DNA from: Deltaproteobacteria bacterium
Lineage (GTDB): Bacteria > Myxococcota > XYA12-FULL-58-9 > JAFGEK01
NCBI GenBank assembly: GCA_016931625.1
Contig: JAFGEK010000159.1
Location: 566 to 64,565 of the forward strand
DNA length: 64,000 nt
Direction of reading: 5' to 3'
The notes beneath the pieces were generated by a model. The model was not told the DNA's origin, searched no databases, and saw nothing but the letters and a program-made list of their open reading frames with translations. This document shows positions 38,970 through 49,150 of the stretch, piece after piece (position 1 is the first letter of the stretch; each line of letters starts with the position of its first letter). Both the position numbers and the translations under genes were made by a program.

Positions 38970-41129
38970 TTATGGTACAACAAATACCGTTTGCGCTACC
39001 CCCTCGTTTTGTGCTTCGTCATTAACTCTTACCGTCAGTGTATGTATTCCCTTTGGTAACTCCCCTAATGACAAAGTGAAACTTTCACGCAATCCATCAA
39101 GTATGCCATCATCAACTTGTAATGGTTTTGAGTCTTTAGCATCAAGAGAAAAAACGGCAGCCGCAATAGGACTAACCGTGTCTGCAAATCCACCTTTTAT
39201 AGTAACTTTACGCCGTTTTACTTGTGCGATTAATGGCTCAACTTGCGGTGGAGTATTATCAATTAAAACATCGCGGCTATCGCGAGTATCTAAGCGCTCA
39301 CTGCCGGGTGGGTTTGATAAAGCGTCAGTAGCTTCAACACGAAATTGATAATGCCCATCAGGAAGCTGCGATGAATGCAATGAATAAAATGGAACATCCA
39401 AATCTTTTTTTAAAGTACGCCAAATACCATAACCATCGCGGCGATATTGAATTGTATAACGTAATTCATCACCATTGGGATCTTCAGCGGACCACCGTAT
39501 CGTAATAATTCCTGGCTCTTCAATTTGTCGTGCGCGAATTGGAGTTGCAGAATTCTCTGGGTCATCACGTTTATCATTAGTGTGCTTATCCATTAAACTG
39601 ACGGTTTTGCTTTTAGGCGCTTCTTGCGGCAAAGAATAAAATGCAATTCCCTTATCAAGAGCAATTACTTCACGTACAAAAGGAGCTAAATTTTGCCTTA
39701 AATAAGCTAAACGCACGCGATGCACGGTTGGTGTGAATTTGCTAGTGCTATTAAGAGTTAAGCGTAACTGCACAAAACGACCCTTAGGTATAGTGGGTAC
39801 AACATTGAAAGGTGCTGCAATTTCACTTGACCAGTCAGACCAACTATTATCAGTTTCAGAGGTTTGACCACTACGTGCAGCGATAGATATTTTAGTGCCA
39901 CGCGGCCACTCACCAAAAACTTGCACAATACCAAAACTCGAATTTACTCCAGCATCAAAAGCCAAAGTATAAAATTCACCCTTTGGTGCATAACCATTAG
40001 CAAGCTCAGTTATACGACCACCAGCCGCAGCTATTGCTGCTATTGCTCCGCTTTTCGTTGATGCCAAATGGGTAATACGTCGTGATGGCGATTGATACAG
40101 CATTGCGATAACGCGTTTTTTATGATCGACACTATAAATACGTCCCCTTGGTTCTTCTCGTCCGGTAGCACCCGTAGCAACAAGAATTTGTTTTTTATCA
40201 TTGATCGCTAAAGCAAATATCGCTTCATCACTAGAGCCAGCTAAAGTCTCAACCGCACCGTCCATGGCAATACGCACCAATTGTGAACGCACGTTTGCCG
40301 ATTTACCTTTATTGTTTTTTCCTGAGGCAAGATCAGCATGTGAATCTGCCAACTCTTGCGCACCGGTTACCCCAGCTGCAAAAGCATAATCATCATAAAT
40401 GAGAATACTAGTAACTTCTGGATGACCAGTGTCGTATAAGGCACGAAATATATCACTACCTTTTTCAGCACGATAAACCACGCCTCGTTCACCACCACCA
40501 ACAAATAAACCTAAACGACTATCATAAGCCAAGGCACGCAAATGTGATTGCTCTGGCTTAAATATTACTTCACCTTTGTTGCGTTTAATGATGCGTTCAA
40601 CTGTACCGGGCTCGCCCGTAGCTGCGTATAGTGCGCCACCTGGACCTTTTACTAATGACCAAATATAGGTGGCATCCGATTTGTAATATAGTTCACTCTT
40701 ACCATCTTTAGTGATTTTATAAATTCTTGCCGGGGAACCCGTAGCTACAAATAAACCTTCATCTGTTGAAAGCAGCGCCGATACCATAGTCTCAGTAGCT
40801 TTAAAAAGCTTGCGACTTTTGCCAGCTTTGTTGATTGCTAGTACTTGTGCATCATCTGCAAGAGCTACAATGATTTCATCGCCAAATACTGCTGCCGCAC
40901 TATAAACTGCCTCAACATCGCTGTATAATTCTTTAGTAGGTGGTGGCAGGGCAACAGCGCCATCTTCAGTAACTGTTGTTGATTGTGGATTGCCATCAAG
41001 AAAATGACCAAAACCTTCAAGGTCATAAAAGCGCGTATTTTCTGCGTATACGTTATAGCTAATGCTACTAATAATTATCAGCAAAAAAATCGATGGTATA
41101 AACCTAAGACCAACATGCCGTAACGACAT
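38970..41129 (-). CDS. Secreted beta-propeller repeat protein with fibronectin type III-like domain
   Basis: A signal peptide is present. Repeated ATGEPG/ATGATG blade-like segments occur. An FN3-like region is present (IRWSAEDPNGDELRYTIQYRRDGYGIWRTL). Confidence 0.4.
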   Translation of the reverse strand: MSLRHVGLRFIPSIFLLIIISSISYNVYAENTRFYDLEGFGHFLDGNPQSTTVTEDGAVALPPPTKELYSDVEAVYSAAAVFGDEIIVALADDAQVLAINKAGKSRKLFKATETMVSALLSTDEGLFVATGSPARIYKITKDGKSELYYKSDATYIWSLVKGPGGALYAATGEPGTVERIIKRNKGEVIFKPEQSHLRALAYDSRLGLFVGGGERGVVYRAEKGSDIFRALYDTGHPEVTSILIYDDYAFAAGVTGAQELADSHADLASGKNNKGKSANVRSQLVRIAMDGAVETLAGSSDEAIFALAINDKKQILVATGATGREEPRGRIYSVDHKKRVIAMLYQSPSRRITHLASTKSGAIAAIAAAGGRITELANGYAPKGEFYTLAFDAGVNSSFGIVQVFGEWPRGTKISIAARSGQTSETDNSWSDWSSEIAAPFNVVPTIPKGRFVQLRLTLNSTSKFTPTVHRVRLAYLRQNLAPFVREVIALDKGIAFYSLPQEAPKSKTVSLMDKHTNDKRDDPENSATPIRARQIEEPGIITIRWSAEDPNGDELRYTIQYRRDGYGIWRTLKKDLDVPFYSLHSSQLPDGHYQFRVEATDALSNPPGSERLDTRDSRDVLIDNTPPQVEPLIAQVKRRKVTIKGGFADTVSPIAAAVFSLDAKDSKPLQVDDGILDGLRESFTLSLGELPKGIHTLTVRVNDEAQNEGVAQTVFVVP

Positions 41130-41190
41130 AATTAACCTCTCTTAAGTAACAATTACTTATAACTAATATATCAAAGATTTTTATTGATTT

Positions 41191-42933
41191 TCATTTTCGA
41201 TCTTGAATCTCAATTTTTACTTGCGCTATTCCTGAAACTGTACCTAAGCGCGCACGTTTATCTTCCCAAGCAAGACCACGATCTCTGCGATTTATCTTCT
41301 GCGCACCTGACATTGTTGCAACAATTGATGGCGGTAAAAATGGCAACATATCAACACGTGAATGCAATCCTGCGCCAGCACGCGTAACTAATAAGTACAA
41401 ATTACCATCTGCACGACGCTGTGAAAGCCCTTTAATAATGTCTGACAAATTTTCGGGTTTTGCATCGCCAGCAAGTTTGGTTAACACTCTGTTAACTTCT
41501 GTGGCACCAGCAGCGATTATTTCAATCTCTTCGTTAGCCCAGTTATTAGGTATAGTTATTTCAAAGAGCTCCTGACTTATACCACTACCTTTTTTATACA
41601 AACGCACAATAACCTTAAGTTGGTCTCCTGGCCTAATAAACGAACGATCTAAATGAATTGATTCAACTGATTCTTCAACTGGATCGGTAACAAATTCAGC
41701 CTGAACATTAAGGCTAATTTTTGGTGGCTTATTAAATGGTGAATTCCATATCAAATCAAAAGCTTGGGCAACATCAATTGCTGGATAAACCATAAGATTC
41801 ATGTCATGTTCTGATGAATAAATATCATTAATTGCTAAAGATTCGTGCCCGGCTATAGCAATATTAGCATTAAGTTTTAAAATGCCACGTCTGCTGGCTT
41901 CAATACGACCAGCAAAACAATTTGCTAAGGCCATTGCCATTAAGCGTGGTGATAAACCTTGATCGCGAGCAACCTCAAAAGAAAATGGTTTATTACCCCC
42001 AGGCGTTATAATTTGCCCATTTACTTTTATCATATCTGCCTGGCGACCTAAGTAACCACCAATACCGGTTAAGCGATCTTGAGTTACTTCACCAATTACG
42101 GCACCAGTTGTAGACATTTTAAATGAGCGCATAGTCGAAGCCATGGTGTTGATGATCTCAGCATTAGCCATTGGCAATGAAACAGCCCCGGCACCAAAAA
42201 ATGGATGGCCAAAAGCCAATACTTGCTTACCCTCAACACTAGTAACCGTACCAGTCGCAGCTATTTCAACATCGCCACGAACTAATACAGCAGCAACTGC
42301 AGAACCAGGCTTTAGCTGATAAGGTTTTGCTAAGCGGCTAGAACTACCGGCCGCCATCGGCATAAAACCATTAGCCTCTAACCAGGGCGAAAAATGACGC
42401 AATAATTCTGGCGTAAAACCACTTATTGATAATGGCGTCGCAATTGGCGCCATACTGCTATTTATATTATTAACTTCACTGTTTTTATTAGGAGTATCAC
42501 CATGCCGTAATGCTCGCCAGTCGGTCATACTCTCATTATGGCTTATACGCCATGGACGCGACTCTTGCGGTAGCTGCATTATTTTATGCATGCTGGCAAT
42601 CGGCGTAATGCCCGCGATAGGTTCTTTGGCAAACTGCGCAAAAGCATAAGCTAATGCCCCAACTAAGCGACCATTGATCAAGCATGGGCTGCCACTCATG
42701 CCTGAAACGACACCAGTAAATTCTGCCTTTTCACCGTTTAACCGAATAACCACAACATCTTGGCCGGGACCTAAAAAGTTGGGCATTAACCCGCGCACCG
42801 TAAAAGGCATGGGTTCAACTTTATGACCTTGAAAAACCGTTAAACATTCACCAGTTGCCCCTGGTTGAATGTCACTTACCGCTATGGTCGGCGGTAGTGC
42901 GAGCAGCAATGAAAAAAATACAGATATCATCAA
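41191..42933 (-). CDS. Secreted S55 (SpoIVB-like) serine peptidase family protein
   Basis: A signal peptide is present. The SpoIVB-type catalytic-serine context GMSGSP is present (FTGVVSGMSGSPCLINGRLVG). Confidence 0.45.
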   Translation of the reverse strand: MMISVFFSLLLALPPTIAVSDIQPGATGECLTVFQGHKVEPMPFTVRGLMPNFLGPGQDVVVIRLNGEKAEFTGVVSGMSGSPCLINGRLVGALAYAFAQFAKEPIAGITPIASMHKIMQLPQESRPWRISHNESMTDWRALRHGDTPNKNSEVNNINSSMAPIATPLSISGFTPELLRHFSPWLEANGFMPMAAGSSSRLAKPYQLKPGSAVAAVLVRGDVEIAATGTVTSVEGKQVLAFGHPFFGAGAVSLPMANAEIINTMASTMRSFKMSTTGAVIGEVTQDRLTGIGGYLGRQADMIKVNGQIITPGGNKPFSFEVARDQGLSPRLMAMALANCFAGRIEASRRGILKLNANIAIAGHESLAINDIYSSEHDMNLMVYPAIDVAQAFDLIWNSPFNKPPKISLNVQAEFVTDPVEESVESIHLDRSFIRPGDQLKVIVRLYKKGSGISQELFEITIPNNWANEEIEIIAAGATEVNRVLTKLAGDAKPENLSDIIKGLSQRRADGNLYLLVTRAGAGLHSRVDMLPFLPPSIVATMSGAQKINRRDRGLAWEDKRARLGTVSGIAQVKIEIQDRK

Positions 42934-43300
42934 GATAATTTTACTCGCTTACGCATAAACAGCCAGCTTTATGCAAAAGGTAAATGCATATTGGCTACCA
43001 CCTCATAAATTCGCAAATGGTGGCCAATAACAACGTTTGTTTATTATTTTGCACATTATGACAATTTGCGGCAAGTAATCCCCGCACGTTTGCCTGAAGC
43101 TGCTTTATTGATAAAAGTTTTCTCAGGAACTCCCCAAGCCCAACTTGCATAATTACCTGCAACATTTAAACCACCATCATTATTTTCAAAATTTGGTTTT
43201 TGTGTGACTTTTATAAGTGGTTCTTAATGAATATTTTTATGATCGTCGAGGTAAGTAAAATTTAAAAAGCACGATAATTTAGAATTTTAACTAGTTATCA

Positions 43301-43483
43301 GGGGGTGTCCCTAAATGTTGGACTTAAGAAATTCATGAAAGCCTCGTAAACGATGGCTGCGCGCTTAAGCAAAATCATGCAAAAGGCTTGCTTGTGGCAA
43401 GTTGCAGGCAGGATTTCTGCGAGCAAGCGGTCGTAAGTAGCGGATTTCGTGAAGATCGACGGGAGACATTTAGGGACACCCCC
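43301..43483. repeat. MITE-like unit: 17-nt motif CATTTAGGGACACCCCC in inverted orientation at both ends of a 183-bp structured segment
   Basis: The left end is GGGGGTGTCCCTAAATG (43301-43317). The right end is CATTTAGGGACACCCCC (43467-43483). The interior is rich in short inverted repeats (GCTTGCTTG ... CGAGCAAGC). It lies 3' of the zinc-ribbon/TPR gene. Confidence 0.5.
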
Positions 43484-43493
43484 TATATTATCC

Positions 43494-44825
43494 TTAATGA
43501 TTTTTTCGATATTCGCTAATAGTTGCGCGCGCCTTTGGCGCGTCTTTATGTCCTGGATCAAGTTTAACAAAACGCTCAAAAGCTGCAACCGCCTTTTTCT
43601 CGTCGCCAGATATATTATACGCCATACCTAAAAGCCAATATGAGCGCGCCTCATCAGGAGCTGCGGCTATAGCTTTTTTTAATTCTTTAATGGCTGCCTC
43701 TGTTTGTTGTTTAAATAAATATTTGCGTGCAAGTGTGTAGTGCTGATCGGCAACTGGATTAATATTTTTTACTTTTGCTACACGTAACTCAGGTTTAGCT
43801 GATGTCGTATTTGTTGTTGCGGCAGGTTTAGTTGCGCTTGTTGTTGTATTGCTAGCTATCGAAGTATTGTTTGTGGCTAATGAATTTGATGGCTTTTCAA
43901 AATTTTTAGAGTCAGCTTGTAGCTTAGATGTTTTACTTTTGCCATTTTCTTTGGTCTTAGCATTTGCAAGTACTGCTGTTTTATTTGCTGCTGCAAAATG
44001 TTCTAAAACTCCACGCGACGTAGTCTTTGCTTTTGTTATTTCCTCATGTGGTGTCTTTGGCGTTGCAGCTTTACTTATCACCTTAGCGATTTCATGATGT
44101 TCAGTTTTTTCTCGCTTGGCTCGCCGTTCATGCTTTAATCGCTGCTTTTCGCGTTCAGGCAAAGCTACCGGAACTGGTTCTAAATCTAAGTCTAATATTG
44201 ATTGAGATAATGTTGTTTCAGGTCTTGGTTTTCGTACTAACTCGGTGACGGTAATTTTATTGATAGGTATAAAAGCACCAAACCGAGAGGTAAAATAAAG
44301 ATATAACGCAGTAGATATAACTAATAGTATTAAACCTAAAAATATCCAACGACCATAGTGTTTTTGGCGTAAGATTATTTCGGTATTTTCTGTCTGATTT
44401 TGCATGCGCAATTTTGCGGCAGCAGCTAATTGAGACTGCTGGCGTTTGCGTTTTGAAGCTGTTGCTATAGCAAGCGCATCGCTATTATTATTGCGCATAC
44501 TAGCAACTACCGGTGGCACCCAAACTGCCGCTGGTTCTGCCTTAGCTGTTGCCAAGGTATTATTTGCCAACGTCACTTGACCAATTGAAGGTGCCTCGTC
44601 ATTGGCATTATGGTGCTTAATACGTATCGCAGGTTCAGCGGGTTTGCTCGTTGAATTACTATTTAATGTTGCTGCTTCTGGTGATCCAATATTGTGAACA
44701 TTGCCATTAGCATCAATTGAGAATTTCTGATTACAGCTATCACAAATAGTATAGTCATTTTCACCTGCAGCTGAGCTTAAGCTGGTAAATAATGTTTTAC
44801 GACAATTTGGACAGGTTACTAACAT
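43494..44825 (-). CDS. Zinc-ribbon (MJ0042-type) N-terminal domain, TM segment and C-terminal TPR-repeat protein
   Basis: Cys pairs CPNC and CDSC are present. A single TM segment is present (IFLGLILLVISTALYLYF). The C-terminal region is TPR-like (ARKYLFKQQTEAAIKELKKAIAAAPDEARSYWLLGMAY). Confidence 0.45.
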   Translation of the reverse strand: MLVTCPNCRKTLFTSLSSAAGENDYTICDSCNQKFSIDANGNVHNIGSPEAATLNSNSTSKPAEPAIRIKHHNANDEAPSIGQVTLANNTLATAKAEPAAVWVPPVVASMRNNNSDALAIATASKRKRQQSQLAAAAKLRMQNQTENTEIILRQKHYGRWIFLGLILLVISTALYLYFTSRFGAFIPINKITVTELVRKPRPETTLSQSILDLDLEPVPVALPEREKQRLKHERRAKREKTEHHEIAKVISKAATPKTPHEEITKAKTTSRGVLEHFAAANKTAVLANAKTKENGKSKTSKLQADSKNFEKPSNSLATNNTSIASNTTTSATKPAATTNTTSAKPELRVAKVKNINPVADQHYTLARKYLFKQQTEAAIKELKKAIAAAPDEARSYWLLGMAYNISGDEKKAVAAFERFVKLDPGHKDAPKARATISEYRKNH

Positions 44826-44931
44826 CGCACTCAGATGATTGCTTTTTTAAATTTACTAAAATTGGCCTCTATTATTTTGTCTAATATTAGGACGTCTATC
44901 AATGAAATATACATAGTAATACTTTCACAAA

Positions 44932-45951
44932 TCAGTCAATTTGTACATTGCGTAACCGTGCTGCGCTTTCTTCTGGTAAGGCAGGATTAATAAACATACC
45001 TGTCCCCAGTTCAAAACCAGCCAATCTGGTCAAACGGACCACTATAGAAATATACCAGTGACCATACTTAACATTAGCTTCTAAAGGCGATAATGAGCGA
45101 ATTACATAATTATAATGGGGATTTCCCAGTGCAATATTAAGACGACGCAAGGTGCGGCGCAATATGCTAGCAAGAGAAGTCGTCTCTGCAACCGAAATGT
45201 CACCAAAATATGCACTATGGCGATGTGGAATGATCCAAATATGATATGGCGATAGAGCCGCATACGGAATTAAAACGACAAAATCTGAGGTCGCTTCAAT
45301 AATGCGCGTACCTGAAGCAAGTTCTTGGCGAACACAGTGACAATACATGCATTCACCCAATTGCCCATACTGCCTAAGGGCTTCTTCAATGCGCACGCGA
45401 ACCTGTCCAGGAATTACCGGAGTACCTACAATCTGTGAGTGCGGATGATCTATGGTCGAACCGGCTGTTTGTCCATGATTTTTAAAGGCTATTACATGGC
45501 TAATACGCGGGTCGGCATAAAAAGCACGCATACGATCAAGATACACACCTAAAATATCGCGGACATGCTCAACCGGCAATGATGCTACCATATCATTGTG
45601 ATATGGACTTTCGATTATTACCTCATGCTGTCCAATGCCCGGCATAGAGCGTTCATAACTACAGCCGTTGCGATGCAAATCACCTTCTGCGGCTAAAGCA
45701 GGAAATAAATTTTTAACCGCACGAACTGACCAGCTTTTATTGTTACTAATGCGTATCGTTTCGGTGGGAGTAGCGGCATCATTTCCTAAACAAAAAGGAC
45801 ACGATTCTTCGTATTTTGACCCCATAGTGACCGTGGGGATTTGCATTTCTAGGTTATCTCGTTTGCCTCGCTTAGGCGCAATTATCACCCAGTCTCCAGT
45901 TATTAGGTTATAACGTAATTGTGGTTTTTCATCATCCATTTCATACCTCAA
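44932..45951 (-). CDS. galT: Galactose-1-phosphate uridylyltransferase (HIT family, class I)
   Basis: The zinc site (ESCPFCLGN), the HPHSQI active-site motif, and the second half-domain are present. Confidence 0.75.
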   Translation of the reverse strand: MRYEMDDEKPQLRYNLITGDWVIIAPKRGKRDNLEMQIPTVTMGSKYEESCPFCLGNDAATPTETIRISNNKSWSVRAVKNLFPALAAEGDLHRNGCSYERSMPGIGQHEVIIESPYHNDMVASLPVEHVRDILGVYLDRMRAFYADPRISHVIAFKNHGQTAGSTIDHPHSQIVGTPVIPGQVRVRIEEALRQYGQLGECMYCHCVRQELASGTRIIEATSDFVVLIPYAALSPYHIWIIPHRHSAYFGDISVAETTSLASILRRTLRRLNIALGNPHYNYVIRSLSPLEANVKYGHWYISIVVRLTRLAGFELGTGMFINPALPEESAARLRNVQID

Positions 45952-46077
45952 TAATATTTATGCTTCTGGCACAATATTAATTCCCAAATCATTTTAATTT
46001 TAGCAAAAACCGGCGATTTGTAACACTCTTCTTGTTGTCTTTCCCCCCTAATTTGGGGCTATAACTTAAATGACAAT

Positions 46078-48189
46078 ATGGGCGTAGATGCCACAAGTGC
46101 CATTCTTGCAGCAATTGTCTCGATTACCGTGGCAATCGCAGTACTCGTACGTCGACCGCAACGTATATTATACCAATATTTTGCCACATTTACCCTCTCA
46201 TTATTCTTTTGGCATGCTGCTGCCATTGCCTCAAGATTATCGCAATCTGATCTTTTTAACCTTAAATTGATAGCAGCTCTACTATTGCCACCCACTGCAG
46301 GCCTGTTCTTTCGAGAACTACTGCGTGAACCTCGCCGTAGCAACTCACGCCTACAACGCCTTATTTTCTTTTGTTCTGGCTTGTTAGCACTCATCGGCTT
46401 GTCACCACTAGCTGATGAACAACAACATTTGGGTATTGCTTTAATATATCGAACCTTCGCGACCACCTATGTCATTGGAATTTTAGCATTTATCCTCAAT
46501 GGTCTATACAAACGCACCAAAACAGCAAGGGCTGACGAAAAAAAACGCCTACGTTTTTTATTTTATGGTGGCTTATTAACTTTAGTATTAGCCTGCGTTG
46601 GTCTATTTCAAGGCAGCGATGTCTTAACTGCTTTAGGCCATATTGCGGCAACTTTTTATGTCTATTTTCTTTATCAATCAATTTTAGCACGACGATTGGT
46701 AGACCTAGTTGAGTTATTGGGTAAGGCCGCAGTACTTGCAGTATTGACCTTGGTTTTAGCCAGTGTATATGCGCTGCTAGTACTTTGGGTAGGTACTCAT
46801 CAACAAGGTTTATGGCTATTTAATACTTTAGTAGCGAGTTTTGTTATTCTTATTCTCTTTGATCAAGTTCGCGCTTGGGTCGAAGAAGGCACCGCCAAAT
46901 TATTTTTTCGCCAACGCTACGAACTACGAATGTTATTGCGGCGTTTGATTCGGTCACTAAGAATTATAACTGAGTTGCCTGAAATGCGCTCTTTAGTACT
47001 CGATACTTTGCATGCTTCGGGTCGTGCCAGCCAATTAGCTTTATATATGCAAGTAGAAGGTGACGCCGCATATATGCTTTATGGTCACCGTGGCAAAATA
47101 CCACCAGAATCTTTAAGTATGAGTCAACACCCAACTTTATTAAGTGAATTGCGCCGCGATAAAAAACCGGTGCTCATTGAAAATCTATTATCGCGTCAGC
47201 AAGATCTGCCAACTTTTTTTACCGCTGATGACCCAAGTTTGCAGCGCGAAATTGAGCGTACCAATGAAGCTATTGCGTTAATGCGCCAGCTACGCGCCAA
47301 TGCCGTAATCCCCATGCTTATTGATGATCGCATTTTGGGCCTTTTATGTCTTGGTACTGAGCATATTTCCGAAGCCTACTCAACCGATGAATTAACTGCA
47401 TTGCTTTCAGTTGCCGAAGCCTGCGCCATCATTATTGAGAATTCACAAGAATATGAAAAACGCCGTGAACGTGACCGACTTGTTGCTATTGGTGAAATGG
47501 CCGCTGGTATGGCTCATGAAATCCGTAACCCCTTAGGGGCAATAAAAGGTGCGGCACAGTGCCTTGAACCAACTGGCATATCAGTTGAAGCTCAAGATTT
47601 TATTAGTGTCATCATTGAAGAAGTCGACCGCTTAAATCGAGTAGTAAGCGCTTTTCTTGAATATGCACGTCCCTATCGAGGTAATCCCATTTCAGCAAAT
47701 ATAAACGAAATTATCAATGCTACGATAAAATTGTTAAATCGTGATGCGCTTCCTATCAACGCCAATATTGATCTTAAACTTGCTGAAGATTTACCTCCAG
47801 TACTGATCGACCCCGAACAACTTAAACAAGTGTTAATCAACTTAATACAAAATGCCATCCAAGCTACGACTACAAATGGGACGGTTACGATTAGCACTCT
47901 CATTAGTCTTGCTAGAGTCACTAACTTTAAATCTGGCTCTTTGCGTTTTACTGATCGCTCCCAGGTGTTAATTCGTGTACGCGATAACGGCCCTGGTATT
48001 AAACCAGACGATTTGCCACGTGTTTTTGTGCCATTTTTTACAACAAAATCTTCAGGCACTGGTCTTGGTTTAGCAATATGTCAACGTATTATCGAAAATG
48101 GCGGTGGTCGCATCGAAGTCCACTCTACTCTTGGCAAAGGCGCAACTTTCACCATACGTTTGCCAGCAGCCAATTCAAATCTTAGCTAA
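46078..48189 (+). CDS. Membrane sensor histidine kinase (polytopic N-terminal sensor, HisKA + HATPase_c)
   Basis: About 7 TM helices occupy the first ~280 aa. The H-box is AHEIRNPL. The N, G1 and G2 boxes are present (LIQNAIQAT, DNGPGI, GTGLGLAI). Confidence 0.8.
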   Translation: MGVDATSAILAAIVSITVAIAVLVRRPQRILYQYFATFTLSLFFWHAAAIASRLSQSDLFNLKLIAALLLPPTAGLFFRELLREPRRSNSRLQRLIFFCSGLLALIGLSPLADEQQHLGIALIYRTFATTYVIGILAFILNGLYKRTKTARADEKKRLRFLFYGGLLTLVLACVGLFQGSDVLTALGHIAATFYVYFLYQSILARRLVDLVELLGKAAVLAVLTLVLASVYALLVLWVGTHQQGLWLFNTLVASFVILILFDQVRAWVEEGTAKLFFRQRYELRMLLRRLIRSLRIITELPEMRSLVLDTLHASGRASQLALYMQVEGDAAYMLYGHRGKIPPESLSMSQHPTLLSELRRDKKPVLIENLLSRQQDLPTFFTADDPSLQREIERTNEAIALMRQLRANAVIPMLIDDRILGLLCLGTEHISEAYSTDELTALLSVAEACAIIIENSQEYEKRRERDRLVAIGEMAAGMAHEIRNPLGAIKGAAQCLEPTGISVEAQDFISVIIEEVDRLNRVVSAFLEYARPYRGNPISANINEIINATIKLLNRDALPINANIDLKLAEDLPPVLIDPEQLKQVLINLIQNAIQATTTNGTVTISTLISLARVTNFKSGSLRFTDRSQVLIRVRDNGPGIKPDDLPRVFVPFFTTKSSGTGLGLAICQRIIENGGGRIEVHSTLGKGATFTIRLPAANSNLS

Positions 48190-48903
48190 CCATTGTTTAC
48201 GTTCAGTTGCAGAAAAATGCTCTATCGCATACCTTAAAGCTGTGCGTGGCATTTGGGTTAAATTTTGTTGTAAAAAGTCGCGCAATAATTCTTTGTCGAT
48301 GCGTTTACCTACTTCGCGCAGCATCCAGCCTACGGCTTTATGAATTAAATCATGTTTGTCATTAAGTAAAAGTTTTGCCAATTTAAAAGTATCACTAGCG
48401 TCTTGTGCACGTATAAAAGCAAAAGTTGCAACGATAGCAATACGCCTTTCCCAGTACAACTGTGATTTAATTAGTTTATACAAAATTTGACGGTTTTTAG
48501 TTAACAACCAATCGCCTAAAATTGCCGGGGCGCTTAAATCCACCAAATCCCATGCGTTAATATATTTAGTATTTTTTAGATAAACTTTAACCACTCGTTC
48601 TTTTTGTGATTGATTACCAGTTTGGTAATGCTGCATCATAATCAATAATGCCGTAAATCTCTCTTCATGAAAGCGTGATTGCAATAAAAAAATAACCTGC
48701 GTTAAAGCAAGCTTTGCAAAGCTTTTTGCAATTTGACGCATCTTGGGTACGGTTATCCCCAAAAATATGTCGTCTTGAATATAGTCGTTTTTACCTGTTT
48801 TAAAAAATTTGCGAATTACTTCAGCTTTAGCAGGATCAGCTATAGCACGTAAAGCTTTTTGTAGATTAACTATATTGATTGTATCATTTGGCACATTTGG
48901 CAT
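48175..48903 (-). CDS. DNA alkylation repair protein (AlkD/AlkC-like HEAT-repeat glycosylase family)
   Basis: The N-terminus resembles the DNA_alkylation family (ADPAKAEVIRKFFKTGKNDYIQDDIFLGITVPKMRQIAK). Confidence 0.55.
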   Translation of the reverse strand: MPNVPNDTINIVNLQKALRAIADPAKAEVIRKFFKTGKNDYIQDDIFLGITVPKMRQIAKSFAKLALTQVIFLLQSRFHEERFTALLIMMQHYQTGNQSQKERVVKVYLKNTKYINAWDLVDLSAPAILGDWLLTKNRQILYKLIKSQLYWERRIAIVATFAFIRAQDASDTFKLAKLLLNDKHDLIHKAVGWMLREVGKRIDKELLRDFLQQNLTQMPRTALRYAIEHFSATERKQWLAKI

Positions 48904-49150
48904 AAGTTGTTACTTACCTTCTAAATGTATTGATTGGGTCGGGAAGGCAAAACTACTACCTGACTTTTCTACAATTTGCATAAAATCTAATAAAATTTCT
49001 TGACGAATAAGGCGAAACTCATCCCAATCGTCTGTATTAAACCAAGCCATTGCCACCATAAAATTCCTAATGGACCTATTTGTAATAAATATGAGTGCAA
49101 ATGTGAATTAAGCCAATTGGGTGCGGCTTCATATGCTTTTTCGATCATAA

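Noticed and set aside
43298-43588. 96-aa ORF on the minus strand covering the MITE-like unit
   Set aside because: It lies entirely over the inverted-repeat structured element and the 3' end of the zinc-ribbon/TPR gene. No RBS or domain is present. It is more likely non-coding.
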